DNA from: Lytechinus variegatus
Lineage: Eukaryota
DNA: 64,000 bases
Assembly: GCF_018143015.1 (NCBI RefSeq)
Contig: NC_054743.1
Location: 35,403,243-35,467,242, forward strand
Reading direction: 5' to 3'
This document shows positions 48,189 to 60,330 of this stretch, piece after piece. The notes under the pieces are model-generated. The model was given only the letters and a program-made list of their open reading frames with translations. It did no database searches and had not been told where the DNA came from. Both the position numbers and the translations under genes were made by a program. Each line of letters begins with the position of its first letter. Position 1 is the stretch's first letter.

Positions 48189-49482
48189 TCACATCTCAGA
48201 CACAGCATGGAGGTGGACGCATGTAATATATAGACCATTGACCTATAACACAGCTCAGATTTATTATAAATTAAATCACTGTCAACCCTTGATTTTCTGG
48301 AAGGCACATCAGATAACAAGTCAGACATAAAAATCAAGCCATTAATTAGATTGTCTCATCAAGGAGCTGAACTAGACCATGGTGAGAAAATCAAACAGAA
48401 GAACTGGGATTAAAGGGAGATTAGCAGGTCTATGAAAGAGGGGATTGATTAACACAAGGAGTGCAGGTGTGAACAACCAATTGACTCCTACAAAGAGGGG
48501 TAAAGAGAGGGTGAAGATAGGGTGTATAGAGGGGTTAACATTAACAATAGTCCTTTCAAGAATAAACTTTATACATTCTGGATTTGGGGGAAATGGAGGA
48601 GGGTATTGCACCAGCAGTTACATAAAACAGAGACATGAAAGGGAGATTAGTCTACATGTCTGTGCACCTGTAATTATGTTGTGTGTGTAGTATGCACTGA
48701 AGATTAGACGTTGACAAAGACTACAGGCAGATGACATTTCTTTAATGATCTTTAAGGAGAGTTGTGAAACTAGATTTTAAATTGTATTTTCAATTCAATT
48801 CATTCAATTATGTGTTATACTATTATTGCATTTTTAAACATAATATGTTTTATTTCTTTAATGGTCACTGCATGTTATGTATTTATTTATTTTCCCTGTT
48901 ATGTGTTTTTTTTATTGTAAACTCACATTGTTAGTCTTCAGACTTTTTGCTGAGTATTGTTGAATAAAACCAAATTGAATTTGAATTTTCTAAGGAAGAT
49001 ATGAAAAGAATGAAGAATTCCTAAATTCAAATGCAACAGTCATTACTCAATTCATGACAGATGAATCTTTCCATATCAGGAGTGATGAAGTGATGAAACA
49101 ATTATTGAGCAGTGCTAGATTCGTACCCTTTTCTTATCACCTTTTTTTAATCATGGCAGGATGCATACCCTTTTTAATTTTTTTTAATTACAACTTAAGA
49201 AATATGAACTACCATAATCAATTAATAGTTTGAAGAATGTCAATTAACTTTATACCACAACTCAATGGTTAAAACTTTTAAGGTGACTTTGCATTTACCT
49301 GTAAAAATATGACTAAGGTATGAAAGTGAAAAAACAACCATAATCACTGATTTTGAAATTAGAAATATCACTACAAAAGGGCTTCATGAATATTAACCCA
49401 AAGATATACATGTACAGTGCCTCCTTTTGGAAACATTTTATGTATCTAAATTGTCTCCGTCAGGAGACATTTTGCAGTTCAT

Positions 49483-49800
49483 TTAAGTGCAGCATGTGGG
49501 GCTGTTTCTGAATAATAATAAATAAAAAATAACATAGCATTTGTATCGTGCACATACCCACCTTGCTCAAGGCGCTCCTATATTACCAGGCTATTAAAGC
49601 TAGTCTACCGAATCCGGTGCTTACATCTTTTTTCTGAGGAATTACTTCCTGCCGGCAACCATTTACCTCACCTGGGTTGAGTGCAGCACGATGTGGGTAA
49701 ATTCCTTGCTGAAGGAAAACATGCCATGGCTGGGAATTGAACCCACGTCCCTCATATTGAAAGATTAAAGTCTTAACCAATAGACCACAATGCCCCCGAT
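49483..49800 (-). mobile_element. Composite tRNA-derived SINE (minus orientation)
   Basis: The reverse complement reads ggggcattgtggtctattggttaagac...gagggacgtgggttcaattcccagccatggcatgttttccttcagcaaggaatttacccacatcgtgctgcactcaacccaggtgaggtaaatgg...gagcgccttgagcaaggtggg...(ATT/ATA)n. It is ~85% identical to 63001-63140. The ORF 49583-49843 is an artefact of this element. Confidence 0.7.
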
Positions 49801-50629
49801 AGAATAAAAGCCATCGAACTTGAGCTTTAAAATCATTACACACTCAAAACTGGCAATGCTATGAAAATAACAAACTCACTGTAAAAATGCAAATTGGCAT
49901 CTTTAGGGTAAACTAATATTCTTTTATCATTAAATTTGATGATGTCATATTACTAGGAAATATTTATTCAAAATATGAAAATATATTTTTTTCAATTCAA
50001 TGATATTTGCCATATTGAGGAGCAAATAAGATTGATTTTGACTTTGAGAAAGCTTAGTAGCTCTACTGCATAAAGCACTCTTGTTCTCCACCAATCCAGA
50101 CAGATGCAATGAGCATTCATGCATAGGTTGAATGAGACTCAATGAAGCAAGCTCCTCTCACTGAGCGGCAGTCTCTTAAAGTAAACACTGACGGTTTCAC
50201 ACACAAAAAAAACAACAACGCAAAACCTGGGAAAAATTGAGGATTTCAAACTAAATTAAAATCTGATTGCTGTTCTCTTTGTTACAGTTAGTCAAAGCAG
50301 TGATTATGTTTTATGTCAGCATATACAGCACTCCCTTTGCAGTGGGAGTACTGCTGATACCCATATTGACATCCGCCGGTTTTCTGGTCCTGTCGGCAAT
50401 CTCGCCCCCTCTCTTTCTCCCCTTCTCTTTCTACTGTGGGAATTCAACAAGTGTTATGTGGGCCTTTTGCATGTAGTGTTTTCTTTTCTCCGTCCTGCAA
50501 CTTGCTGTACTGTAAGTTGGCTGGTTAAATTACAAAATAATTAAAAGCTCATATCAAAGTCTCTCATAAGTTTTGGTAATTCCCTAGGGTTGGTTATGAC
50601 TCATAGTTTCAGTTAATTACTTCATTTAG

Positions 50630-51235
50630 GCGGTGCTGCACCAGCCCGAGTTTGCTCAATCTCGAAATTTTAGCCCGATTGGCCCTCTTTGCGATTAATC
50701 TCGAGATTCAAGAAACCCCGTCTCCACCATCACAAGAAGAACGATTCCTGCTTGAGCGAGACATCTTCTTGGCTTCCCTGCTTCTTGGTTTCCCTTTTTT
50801 CAAACCTTTGAGGCTTTTTGGGATACCTTTTTCTTTCATTATTTTTTTTTAAATCTCAATGTTTCTTGATTATATTTGTATATTTATGTTCAAAATAATG
50901 TATGATATTTGTATGTTTTTACTTGTATATATTATTGAAAGAAATAACTGAGAGTAATTCCACTCTCCCTAAATCAAATCAATCACATCGATGCATTATG
51001 GTCTGATGCCATGAATAAATAATCCTGAGTGTGTCTGCACCTGCAAATTAGCGGGATAATTTGTAAAATAGCGTGCCATTTTGCAAATAATCCCAAGTTG
51101 ACTTGGGAATGCAATCTTGAAATTAATCCTAGAAACTAGAGCGATAATTGCGTCTCCATTACAAATAATCTCGAGATTGTTCAAATCGGGATCAGAAATA
51201 GCGTGCTAATTTGAAAACTCGGGCTGGTGCAGACG
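50630..51235. mobile_element. Non-autonomous TIR element (~45-bp TIR GTGCTGCACCAGCCCGAGTT...)
   Basis: ggtgctgcaccagcccgagtttgctcaatctcgaaattttagcccgatt (50632-50680) is the inverted complement of aatcgggatcagaaatagcgtgctaatttgaaaactcgggctggtgcagac (51185-51235). Internal aatctcgagatt motifs are present. Confidence 0.65.
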
Positions 51236-51769
51236 GCCCTATTGAATGGGTCTGTCCCCAGCCAAAAGGATATGAAATAAAAAGTTCAAATACATGTAGT
51301 GGATGTATTTTGCGATTTACGAAATGGGCTGTAAATTTGGGATAAAAATTAATGTTGATAGCTTTGAGATATTTACAAGTTAAGTGTTCAAAGGGGTCTT
51401 TGAAAAGAAAAAAAAAGAACTAGAATTTAATTCGTCATGCGGACGAATTAGGTGGTCTGTCTTTGTTCTCGGCATCATGATCACTATTACCATGTTCATG
51501 CATATCAATATGACCTTCATGATGACAACGGAATGCTCATTATGGATGGAATACTTGTGAAAGACGGTAGATGATAAAGCACTGTGAAAAGGGTCCGGAA
51601 AATGGTCTCTTTGATGTATGACTATACATGTATATGCATGTGATATGAAAAAAGTGATTATAATCTGTTTTATCTTGCTAAATTTCAACTTTTATACCAT
51701 AAAATCATCATAAAGGATCATGTACGAGGTGGTAAAAAGAAAAAAAAATGGAAAAAAAATCATCTTGTC

Positions 51770-51850
51770 TACCCCAGGACTCGAACCTCCGCCCTCGAGA
51801 AAGCAAGTCAAATGCGTTATCCATTGAGCCACGATATTCCCCATAGAGAT
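51770..51850 (-). pseudogene. tRNA-like fragment (probable SINE head or pseudogene)
   Basis: The minus strand reads ggggaatatcgtggctcaatggataacgcatttgacttgctttctcgagggcggaggttcgagtcctggggtagac. The D-loop and T-loop consensus are present but the stems are incomplete. The adjacent catagagattacacg recurs at 52066-52080. Confidence 0.35.
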
Positions 51851-53162
51851 TACACGTAAGCAATTTTGAGAATTACAATTCCAATTTTGCAAGTGAAATA
51901 CGGGCATGATCCCGGCATCTGATCAAAAAATGAAGGGCACACTTCCGATAGCCCAGAATCTCAGCTACAACATATTAAAAGCTCAGGGAAAGCTGACAAG
52001 AAAAAATGGAGATATGGCTCACGAAATAGAGGAATGTCGAATCTAGTTTTGGGAAAAAGTCATGTCCCATAGAGATTACACGCAAAATGAGGAAAAATGA
52101 CATGCCTCTTTTCATCGCTGTTTTACGCAATGATGCGTTTCTCAAAACGAAAATTCATGTTTACTGAGGAGAAAGAATACATTCTAAACTACAACATATC
52201 AAAATCTGGGCGAAAAACGATCTATATTCGAGAAGTTACAATCAAATTTGCATAAATTTGATGACGTCATTTTTGAAAAAATGAAATTTTTAGTTTAGGC
52301 GCCATTTTGATGACGTCATGATATAATTTAGGGATAATGGTGACACGAAATCAAATCTACAACTAATACTCTATCGATATATGAAAAAAAAATTGGGGGT
52401 CAATGGACTATTTACAGAGCTACAGTGAATTTTCAATAGGCATGTTTTTGCACATATATGGCCTATAGTGAGAGCTCGCGCGCACACGTGCTGCAAACTT
52501 TAATGGGTGTTAATTTCTATATTAATGGTTGTAGAAGGTTGATCAAGGTATCAAATTGCTCAGAATTTTATTAGCAATGCAATGATATTAAAAGAAACGG
52601 TTTTTCTGCGTTGCGTTAAGGTGTAACGCGACCGGAACCGTACCCAAAAATTTTTATAGGTCATTTGGACGATTTTTTTTACCTTTGACGCGCGCGTACG
52701 CGCGCGTCATGACCTTTACATGACCTTTGATGACATTGACAGTTGACCCTTGACATGAAGTTAATGTCATGTAAATATTGTTAATTTTTGATAATTGATA
52801 ATGAAGATATGATCAAATGAAGAATTTTACAAAATGGCGCGTAGATGACGTCATCATTACCATATGACCTTGAAAAGCTTATTTTGCCGTCTCTATGATA
52901 GATTCTATATATGACGAAAAAATCAGCAAAATTGATTCAGCCAATTTCGAGAAAAGTTGGCGACAAACATAGGTGCCAAGAATAAAGAAAGAAATAAAGA
53001 AAGAAAATTCTGACGAAATCAATAGGTGATCTGTCATAGACAGACCACCTAATAAAACATTACCAAGAGATAGTGCTAAATATATTCAAAACTGAAATTC
53101 ATGTTTAATCAGGAATCAAGTATAAATGGTCACTGCCCTTTCGTAAAAGTGACATTTGAAAT

Positions 53163-53630
53163 GATACAATAGGTGGTTTCAAACCGCCTCGATCACAAGA
53201 ATCCCTGTTAAATTACGAGAACTTTTTAAGGCTAAAAAATACCCGTTAATTATTCCTGCATTCACACCGCCCCGAAACACATCCTTCGGGATAAGTTCCC
53301 GAAGTTACGAGCATGCGCAGTGTGGTCTGATAAGCAGGCAAGGCGGGAGATTCAAAATCACTAGCCCAGCAGCCACCCACGCCGCCGCGCCCAACGACAC
53401 GCTGGGATAAAAGTTCCCGTAATTTGCTTTCACATCGCCAAAATACCTGCGACCTTGGAAAAATCCCCACGAAAGTTCTCGTAATTTCGCCAAGTACCTA
53501 CTATTTAGCGGGTATTTTCTTTCGGGGAAATTACGCGTAGTTTGCTTTCACATTACCAAAATACCTGGTATTTTCTGATCGGGGTAAATTTCCCGATCAG
53601 AGAATACCTGGAACTGGCGAACTTCGAGGC
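53163..53630. mobile_element. MITE with TIR GGTGGTTTCAAACCGCCTCGA and internal subrepeats
   Basis: aggtggtttcaaaccgcctcgatcac...tcgaggcggtctgaaaccgcctaat. Internal repeated units gggataa(g/aa)gttcccg(a/t)a(g/a)tt(a/t)(c/g)... and ...tttgctttcacat.(g/a)ccaaaatacctg. The ORFs 53246-53493 are artefacts. Confidence 0.7.
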
Positions 53631-53929
53631 GGTCTGAAACCGCCTAATAAGTACTGTAAATCACATTATTGAACCGTTCACCTCCAAACAGGGTACAAGT
53701 GATGACAGCCGCAAGAATATTGATCTGGAATATAGCATCTAATCAGTTATAATCACGAATTATTTCCTTGTCTAATCCTCCCTCCTTGAAGATAAATAGA
53801 GTTTTGAGATCCCAAAGAAGGCACTACACGTACCAAAATGAGGTAACATCAATGAAACCATTTTAAACTCTTTCTTTCATTTGATCTAGTGTCTAATCCA
53901 CTTGAAGATCAAATATAGGGTTGTGAGAT

Positions 53930-54137
53930 CAGGGGGGTGTTTCACAAAGATTTAAGTATGACTTAGAGTCGCACTTAAATGCTGAGTTGCGTACGGTATG
54001 AAATGCTTGACCGCATTGGTCAGATCGTGCCATGAGGACGCGCACTACTGCGTATTGATCAATAAGATCGCGCGTTGCATATCATGTAAGCGTCGGCATT
54101 TAAGTGCGACTTAAGTCATACTTAAATCTTTGTGAAA
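53930..54137. mobile_element. MITE (~50-bp TIR GGGGGTGTTTCACAAAGATTTAAGTATGACTTAAGTCGCACTTAAATGC)
   Basis: gggggtgtttcacaaagatttaagtatgacttagagtcgcacttaaatgc is the inverted complement of gcatttaagtgcgacttaagtcatacttaaatctttgtgaaacaccccc. Confidence 0.8.
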
Positions 54138-54600
54138 CACCCCCCAGTTCATATTTTACAGTGTACATTCAAAATAAGTTCAATTTAATTATTTGATGTT
54201 GATACATGCATGCTTTGGGTAAGGAACTTTCTTCTGAATTTACACGTTTCGCAAGTAAACGCAAACCAAAGAAATCTTTAATCAGTGTTTGTGACTTTGT
54301 CTTCCCTCGTTTTGAAAAGCCGAGAAGTGGAGCTGCTGGACTATTACTAATATTATTAATTAGTCAGAATTAAGTTCATGACTAAACTCATACAAGGCCA
54401 GAGCATTGGATGCCCTATTGGTAGATCTTAAATTAGCCTTGGATAATGTTTGCCCCTTTTCATTTTTCCCATTTGTGCAATAATTCAAAAATGTGTCCTA
54501 TAGAAAAATGGCCTTGCCCACGAAATATTGAAGTTTATAAGGACCTGCCAGGTGGTTCAAATGTCAATGATATCACACTTTTCTTTAATATCATTTCATA

Positions 54601-54976
54601 CCCCTTTCATAAACCCAATTATGCGGCTAATAGCAGCAGAATTTGGTCGTAAAATCGGAGGAGGACCAGAGTTATCCGCATTATTTTGATGCTGCTATTA
54701 TCCGCATAATAGCAGCATCGGGACCAGATTTTGACTTTATGAACGCATTTCCAAATAATGCGGATAATTGCCATGGTGCGGTCACAAGGTCACCCTTTTC
54801 CAACACCACTGCATCTGAGGGGGCGTGTCCAGTTGTCATGACGATTATCTGCCTTTTTCAGGACGGGCTCTCGTAAAAATAGTGCGGATTATTTTCGGAG
54901 TTTGTGAACGCAATTTTTAATGAATTATCCGCATTACTCTTAGGCGGCTAATTGGAGGATGGCTTTATGAAAAGGG
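54601..54976 (+). mobile_element. Non-autonomous TIR element, copy 2 (TTATCCGCA subterminal repeats)
   Basis: Paralog of 7703-8071. The identical ORF-track peptides 7742-7936 and 54643-54876 reflect this repeat, not a gene. Confidence 0.7.
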
Positions 54977-57817
54977 TATTAGAGAAAGATCAACCTCCAT
55001 GTATTAAAAATAAGGGACTTTTCCCAATTCTGACTATAGACTGTTGCGTTGTCATTACTGTGTATCGTCTGTTGTTTTTGGTGGAAAATTTTGTACAGAG
55101 GCTTTACCGATTCCTACAGAATCCAAGCATTATCCCGCCTGAAAAATTGTGTCACGGTTGAGGCGGGATGGCAGGCTTGGTCTCCAGAGGGCGGGGGATA
55201 CAATCCAATTTTCTTAATCTCTATCTACCCATGGCCACTCCCAAAGGGGACCGTGGCAAAATGGCATACTGGATGCCGACGGCGAAAGTGCAGTCTTAAG
55301 TTGCTCTTTTCTCTCTCACTCCTTGTCAAGTGGTGGGAGTACTTGCGACTGAAGAGACATAGTAGAGATGATGTTAAATGGAGAGGAGATGATGCCCTAT
55401 AATCGAAAAGAAATAATTGCCTCACCACTCCTATTACATCCTCCCGACGATCTAGCATTGAGCAGAGGAGAAACGGAAAACCATCCCTGCCAGATCGTGT
55501 TCAACTCCCGGACCCTTACTTGTTTGGTTATTCAAAAGGCATTCTGCGGTGTTGATGCTCTTGCTCGGAGAGCCATTTATTTCTTCCTGCGAGCGGGCAA
55601 GACAACTCTACGAGGGAGTAATTTAAGACATTTGCACAGAAATGCCAGATAATTAACATCTTGATTGAAAATGTGTATCTGGGGAAGGCGAGATGTTATC
55701 TTGTTGATGGCGGAACGATTTCATTTGCGCTGTGTTGTTCCTTGTCGGTTTGTGTGGTTCTGGCAGGCCATTAGATCTTAATGCCATCGGCAAGAATACA
55801 ATGGGCAAGCAAGTGAACTATTCCATCAAACGGTCTCTGTTTGTCCAAAAACGGTGCAAAGAAATGTCCCAAGGGAACGATCATATGCAAAATAGAAGAG
55901 ATAAAAGAAAGGGTTTCCTGAGAAGGACATAAAGAAGAGAGCTACCTCTCTTGATGGATGGGTCTCATTTGCCAGTAAAAATGAAAAATATCAAATATAC
56001 ATCTTAGAGACTTGAAGGGAGAGAAGATTTGGTTAAAGACCAGAACAAAGAGAATAAGGGGAAAAGAAGAGTTACTTGTGGCCGGGAAGTGTCGGTCGTT
56101 TGCATCTGGGTTAACAGGATCTGTAAGACTATGCGTAAGAAGTTAATTTCTTCCTCGGGCAAAGCGGATTTGGAAAACAAGACTTTGGTTTGATGCGCCG
56201 AACCTGACACTAAAGAGACAAGCAGCGACAGCGTTTCGAGGTGGATCTTAAGAGCTCGCTAGAGAGGACAGGTAACAAGACAAAAGCAAAGGAAAAAAGT
56301 TTTGATCAGCGAAAAGGCGAAAATGGTGAAAACACAAGAGTTTACTTGGAGAAGAAAAAGTTTAAACATTCAGGAGTGAAGAACGTGGCAGAATGAGGTC
56401 ACACAGAAATAGGGATAGGCCATCTCATTTTTGAGGAAATTTGGGAAGAATAAATATCACTCAACAAAATATCAACAAAAACAGAAAGGCATGGAGAAGT
56501 GTCGATGCCTCGGTGGGATCCCTCTTTTTGATCTAGGAAGCTCATGAGGGGCAGTATTCATTTTTTTTTTCACAACAAACAGAACTTGTTGCTTTTTGAC
56601 ATATTTGAAGACATGAAGAGTTCCTTTTTTTCAACACAAAACTAATACACCCATCAAAGTCAAGATGAAATAGTGTTTCATGATAGATCTACAAGTGCAC
56701 ACATATTATAAACGAACCAACAAATATTCAAATGAAAATGTGTTACAACAGAGATTTCAAAAATCAACCATGATTCTGCAGAACTTCCTTTGAAAACTCA
56801 ACTTTTCCTGCATTTCATTATATAGATCTATACCACCTTTTTTGAGGAAGGAAAAGAAATTATGCCATTCAAGGAACTGCAGTATGGAGGTCTCTTTCAA
56901 CTTTTATAATGGATTTGAATCCAAAGCAGCTAGGTATTAGATCACTGCAGTAATTGGTGTACAGGACACAGGCTCGTTGCTGCACTATCACAAACGACAA
57001 CAAAACTTTCTGCAGAAACGGCCTTCGAAACTCACTCTTTCTCAGCATTTCATGTTTGCATTTTAAAACATTCATTCATTGGGATGTCAACTCTTGGAAA
57101 AGGTTTAACTGCTCTGCTACTGTACATGAAGAAATCATTGCAAGCACTTTCTATTATTTTTTCTCTCTCTATATAGCATCTGGATTAAAAAATGATTTTT
57201 TTTTAAAATCTGCTTCAATACCCAGCCCATAAAAAAAGGAGTTTTGATTGTTTTAAACATCCCACATAATATTCCAGAAAAAAATATTACCAGCAAGAAA
57301 GTACGTAAGAAAAAATAGATTTGCACTATATATTTTTTTGCATAATTTTAATATACATTTTTGTAATACCAATATGTTAGTACAATTAGTACAACTCATC
57401 TTACAAAAAACAGAACAATTTCAGCTAAACAATGAGATAGCATCTCCTCCTTCCCCCTTCTCATTACTTTACAATTAATTTTGTAATTGAATTGAATCGA
57501 CCCCTTTGATAATCATAATTATCATCTCTTGTACTGTATTTATATCGTTTCCCTGTATAATGCATGTTTAGAACATATAACCTGGGCTTAATGTTGTAAT
57601 TGTTTTCCCTTTTTTATCAATAAAAGGTGATCTAGTTATATATATAAAAAGAAAATTACTTTTGCAGTGATTTCTCAAAGGTCATAGGGACATTTTATAC
57701 TGCACACAATATATGAAAGCAAGTTACAAGACCTTTTTTAGTGTGATTCAAAAAATATATTATTCATTTGCTTCTATATGAATGCAAGTCTTATAGCTGA
57801 CTCCTATATCTTAAAGG

Positions 57818-58432
57818 TCAAGTCCACCTCAGAAAAATGTTCATTTGAATAAATAGAGAAAAATCAAACAAGCATTATGCTGAAAATTTAATCAAAATCG
57901 AATGTAAAATAAGAAAGTTACAGTATGACATTTTAAAGTTTCGCTTATTTTTCACAAAACAGTGATATGCATAACTCAGTCACATGCAACTAATAAAGAC
58001 AGTCGATGATGTCCCTCACTCACTACTTTTTTTTAAAAATGTTTTTATTGAATTAAAAATTTTTTCATTTTTCACAGATTTGACAATAAGGACCAACTTG
58101 ATTGAACCATACATACATGTAGTATTAAACAATGCTGATTACACATGTTCAGGGAGGAATTAATCGTTATTTCACATGACAACAGGGAGAAAATTTGAAT
58201 ATTTCATACAATAAAATACAAAACAAATAGTGAGCAAGTGATGTCATCAGTCTCCTCATTTGCATACCGACAAGGATGTGAATATAACTGTTTTGTGAAA
58301 TTAAGCAAAAATTCAAAATGTCATAACTTTACTATTTGCATCCGATCTTCATGAAAATTTTAGTGGTATGCTTGTTGGATTTTTCTCTATTCATTTAAAT
58401 TGACTCTTTGTTAGGTCAGACTTGTCCTTTTT
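57818..58432. mobile_element. Foldback element, TGATGACGTCATC family (CG motif decayed to TGATGTCATCA), TTAA-flanked
   Basis: ttaa|aggtcaagtccacctcagaaaaatgttcatttgaataaatagagaaaaatcaaacaagcat on the left. The right arm is ...gagcaagtgatgtcatcagtctcctcatttgcataccgacaaggatgtg...gatttttctctattcatttaaattgactctttgttaggtcagacttgtcc. Confidence 0.75.
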
Positions 58433-59129
58433 AAGCTGGTTTAGGCTGGTGTGAACACTAATTGAATCAAGGGTGCCAGTCAGGAACTGAGCCTGAAATA
58501 AAATAAGAAAGAACACATAATGGATAAGGCCTGTAAAAGGTCTCAAATTGATCTAGTTGAACTTGTCAGGGCCTGAAATCAGGTACATAACACAAAAACT
58601 TGTATCTTAGCTGAAAACAGAAATTTCTATAAGGCAGGTGTGAAAGCGTCTACTGTGAATGATGATAATTTGCCTCAGAATGCAAGTAATAAGAGATAAC
58701 GCGGGATACTTCTGTGCAAATACATGTATGTATTTAACAAGTGATGAAAAGTGCAAGACTTGTTGCAAAATAATCACTGTATATACCAGCTGTTCAAATT
58801 GACAAATAGGGGAAGTGTAAAGAGCTTGTATATGGAAAAAGGAAAAAGATCATAGAAATCAAATCGTGCTGAAAAATTGAAGAAGAGGTTGAGCCAAAGA
58901 GAAAAATAAGAGACAGAGATAGACAGTGAGAGAGAGGCCGACAGACAGAAAGACAGAGTCAGAGAGTGAGAAAAAGAGAAGTGAAGAGAGAGCGCTGGCG
59001 AACTCTGCTGTATAAATAATGATTAATTCGCTAATATTACACTTTCATTAATTCCAATCAATATTTAGTGCCCTATCAAACACTTTGCGCATATGGTTGA
59101 AGACTAATTCCCATGTTCACTATCTTAAA

Positions 59130-59520
59130 GTGATTGGTTAACATTGGTTTCACTTTTAAAAAATCTGAGCTAGAAGGTCACATTTGTCATCTGTGTCTAG
59201 GATATGTTACAAAAATGAAGCCCAGAAAAAATTGCGTTAAAAAATAATCATTTAGTGCTTCAAAAATTGAAATATAAAGTGACCGGAAACACCATCTTAA
59301 TTTCCTCCCATACACTTATGTGTACTATTTAGGCGTCTATAAGACGCCTATTTACAAAATCGGGGTTTGCCTTGTAGTTTTAGCTTTTCATTCTCAATAA
59401 TTGTTGTTTTCAGGGTTTATTAGTTCTAATACATGCACTGGTACACATGTTTCATCTTGGTTTGAGAATTTTTTAAATCGGCTGCTCACAAAGTTAAACA
59501 ATACCTATTATAAAGCATTT
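59130..59520 (+). repeat. Dispersed repeat (partner of 11560-11890, opposite orientation)
   Basis: ...gtctataagacgcctatttacaaaatcggggtttgccttgtagttttagcttttcattctcaataattgttgttttcagggtttattagttctaatacatgcactggtacacatgtttcatcttggtttgagaattttttaaatc... is the reverse complement of 11560-11700. Confidence 0.65.
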
Positions 59521-59544
59521 GGAACACTTTTCAGTGTTTAAAGG

Positions 59545-60135
59545 GATGGTCCAGGCTGAAAATATTTATATCTTAATACATACAGTAGAATGCACAGAGC
59601 GAAATGCCGAAAATTTCATCAAAATTGAATAACAAATAATAAAGTTATTGAAGTTTAAAGTTTAGCAATATTTTGTGAAAACAGTCGTAATGAATAGTCA
59701 TTAGGTGGGCTGATGATGTCATATCCCCACTTTCCGTTTTCTTATGTTATTACTTAAAATCATATTTTTTTCATTATTTAATACTTGTGTGAATAATATG
59801 TCTCCCTTATAATGAAATAAGTTGCAGTAATAAATATCTAAATATGCAATAAAACAGTTGTCAATCCAATTTTTCTAGTTTTGGAGGAGAAAAATTTGAA
59901 TAAACCTAATTTCACATAATAAAATACAAAAGAACAAGTAGGGATGTGACATCATTAGCCAACCTAATGAATATTCATAACGACTGTTTTCACAAAATAT
60001 TGCTAAACTTTGAAATTCAATAACTTTGTTATTTTTTGTTATCCAATTTTGATGAAATTTTCAGCATTTTGCTCAGTGAATTCTAAGTCATTTATTTAGC
60101 TATAAATACTTTCAGCCTGGACCATCCCTTTAATA
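59545..60135. mobile_element. Foldback element, AAAGGGATGGTCCAGGCTGAAA family, TTAA-flanked
   Basis: ttaa|agggatggtccaggctgaaaatatttat...ggtgggctgatgatgtcatatcccc on the left. The right arm is ...gggatgtgacatcattagccaacctaatg...tttcagcctggaccatccct|ttaa. Confidence 0.75.
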
Positions 60136-60184
60136 GGAATATTGTGGAGGATTTCTGATCTAGGAAAGCTGAGCTGTTAAAAGG

Positions 60185-60330
60185 GTAGTCCACCTCATGA
60201 AAAAGATGGTTTGAAAAAAAAGGAGAAAACCTAACAAGCATATTAGATTGGATGTACATGTAAATTAAAAAAGTTTTGACATGAATTTCTGAGTTTTGCT
60301 TAATTTCTCATGTGACATCCCACCCTCGCA
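60185..60330. mobile_element. Half copy of the TGATGACGTCATC foldback family
   Basis: gggtagtccacctcatgaaaaagatggtttgaaaaaaaaggagaaaacctaacaagcatattagattggatgtacatgtaaattaaaaaagttttgacatgaatttctgagttttgcttaatttctcatgtgacatccc. Confidence 0.5.

Noticed and set aside
51449-53052. A 1.6-kb transposon delimited by the 16-bp inverted match ATTAGGTGGTCTGTCT.
   Set aside because: It is kept only as a low-interest note inside another finding. A single 16-bp inverted match could be chance, though it is unlikely at this spacing. No TSD or second copy is visible in the window.
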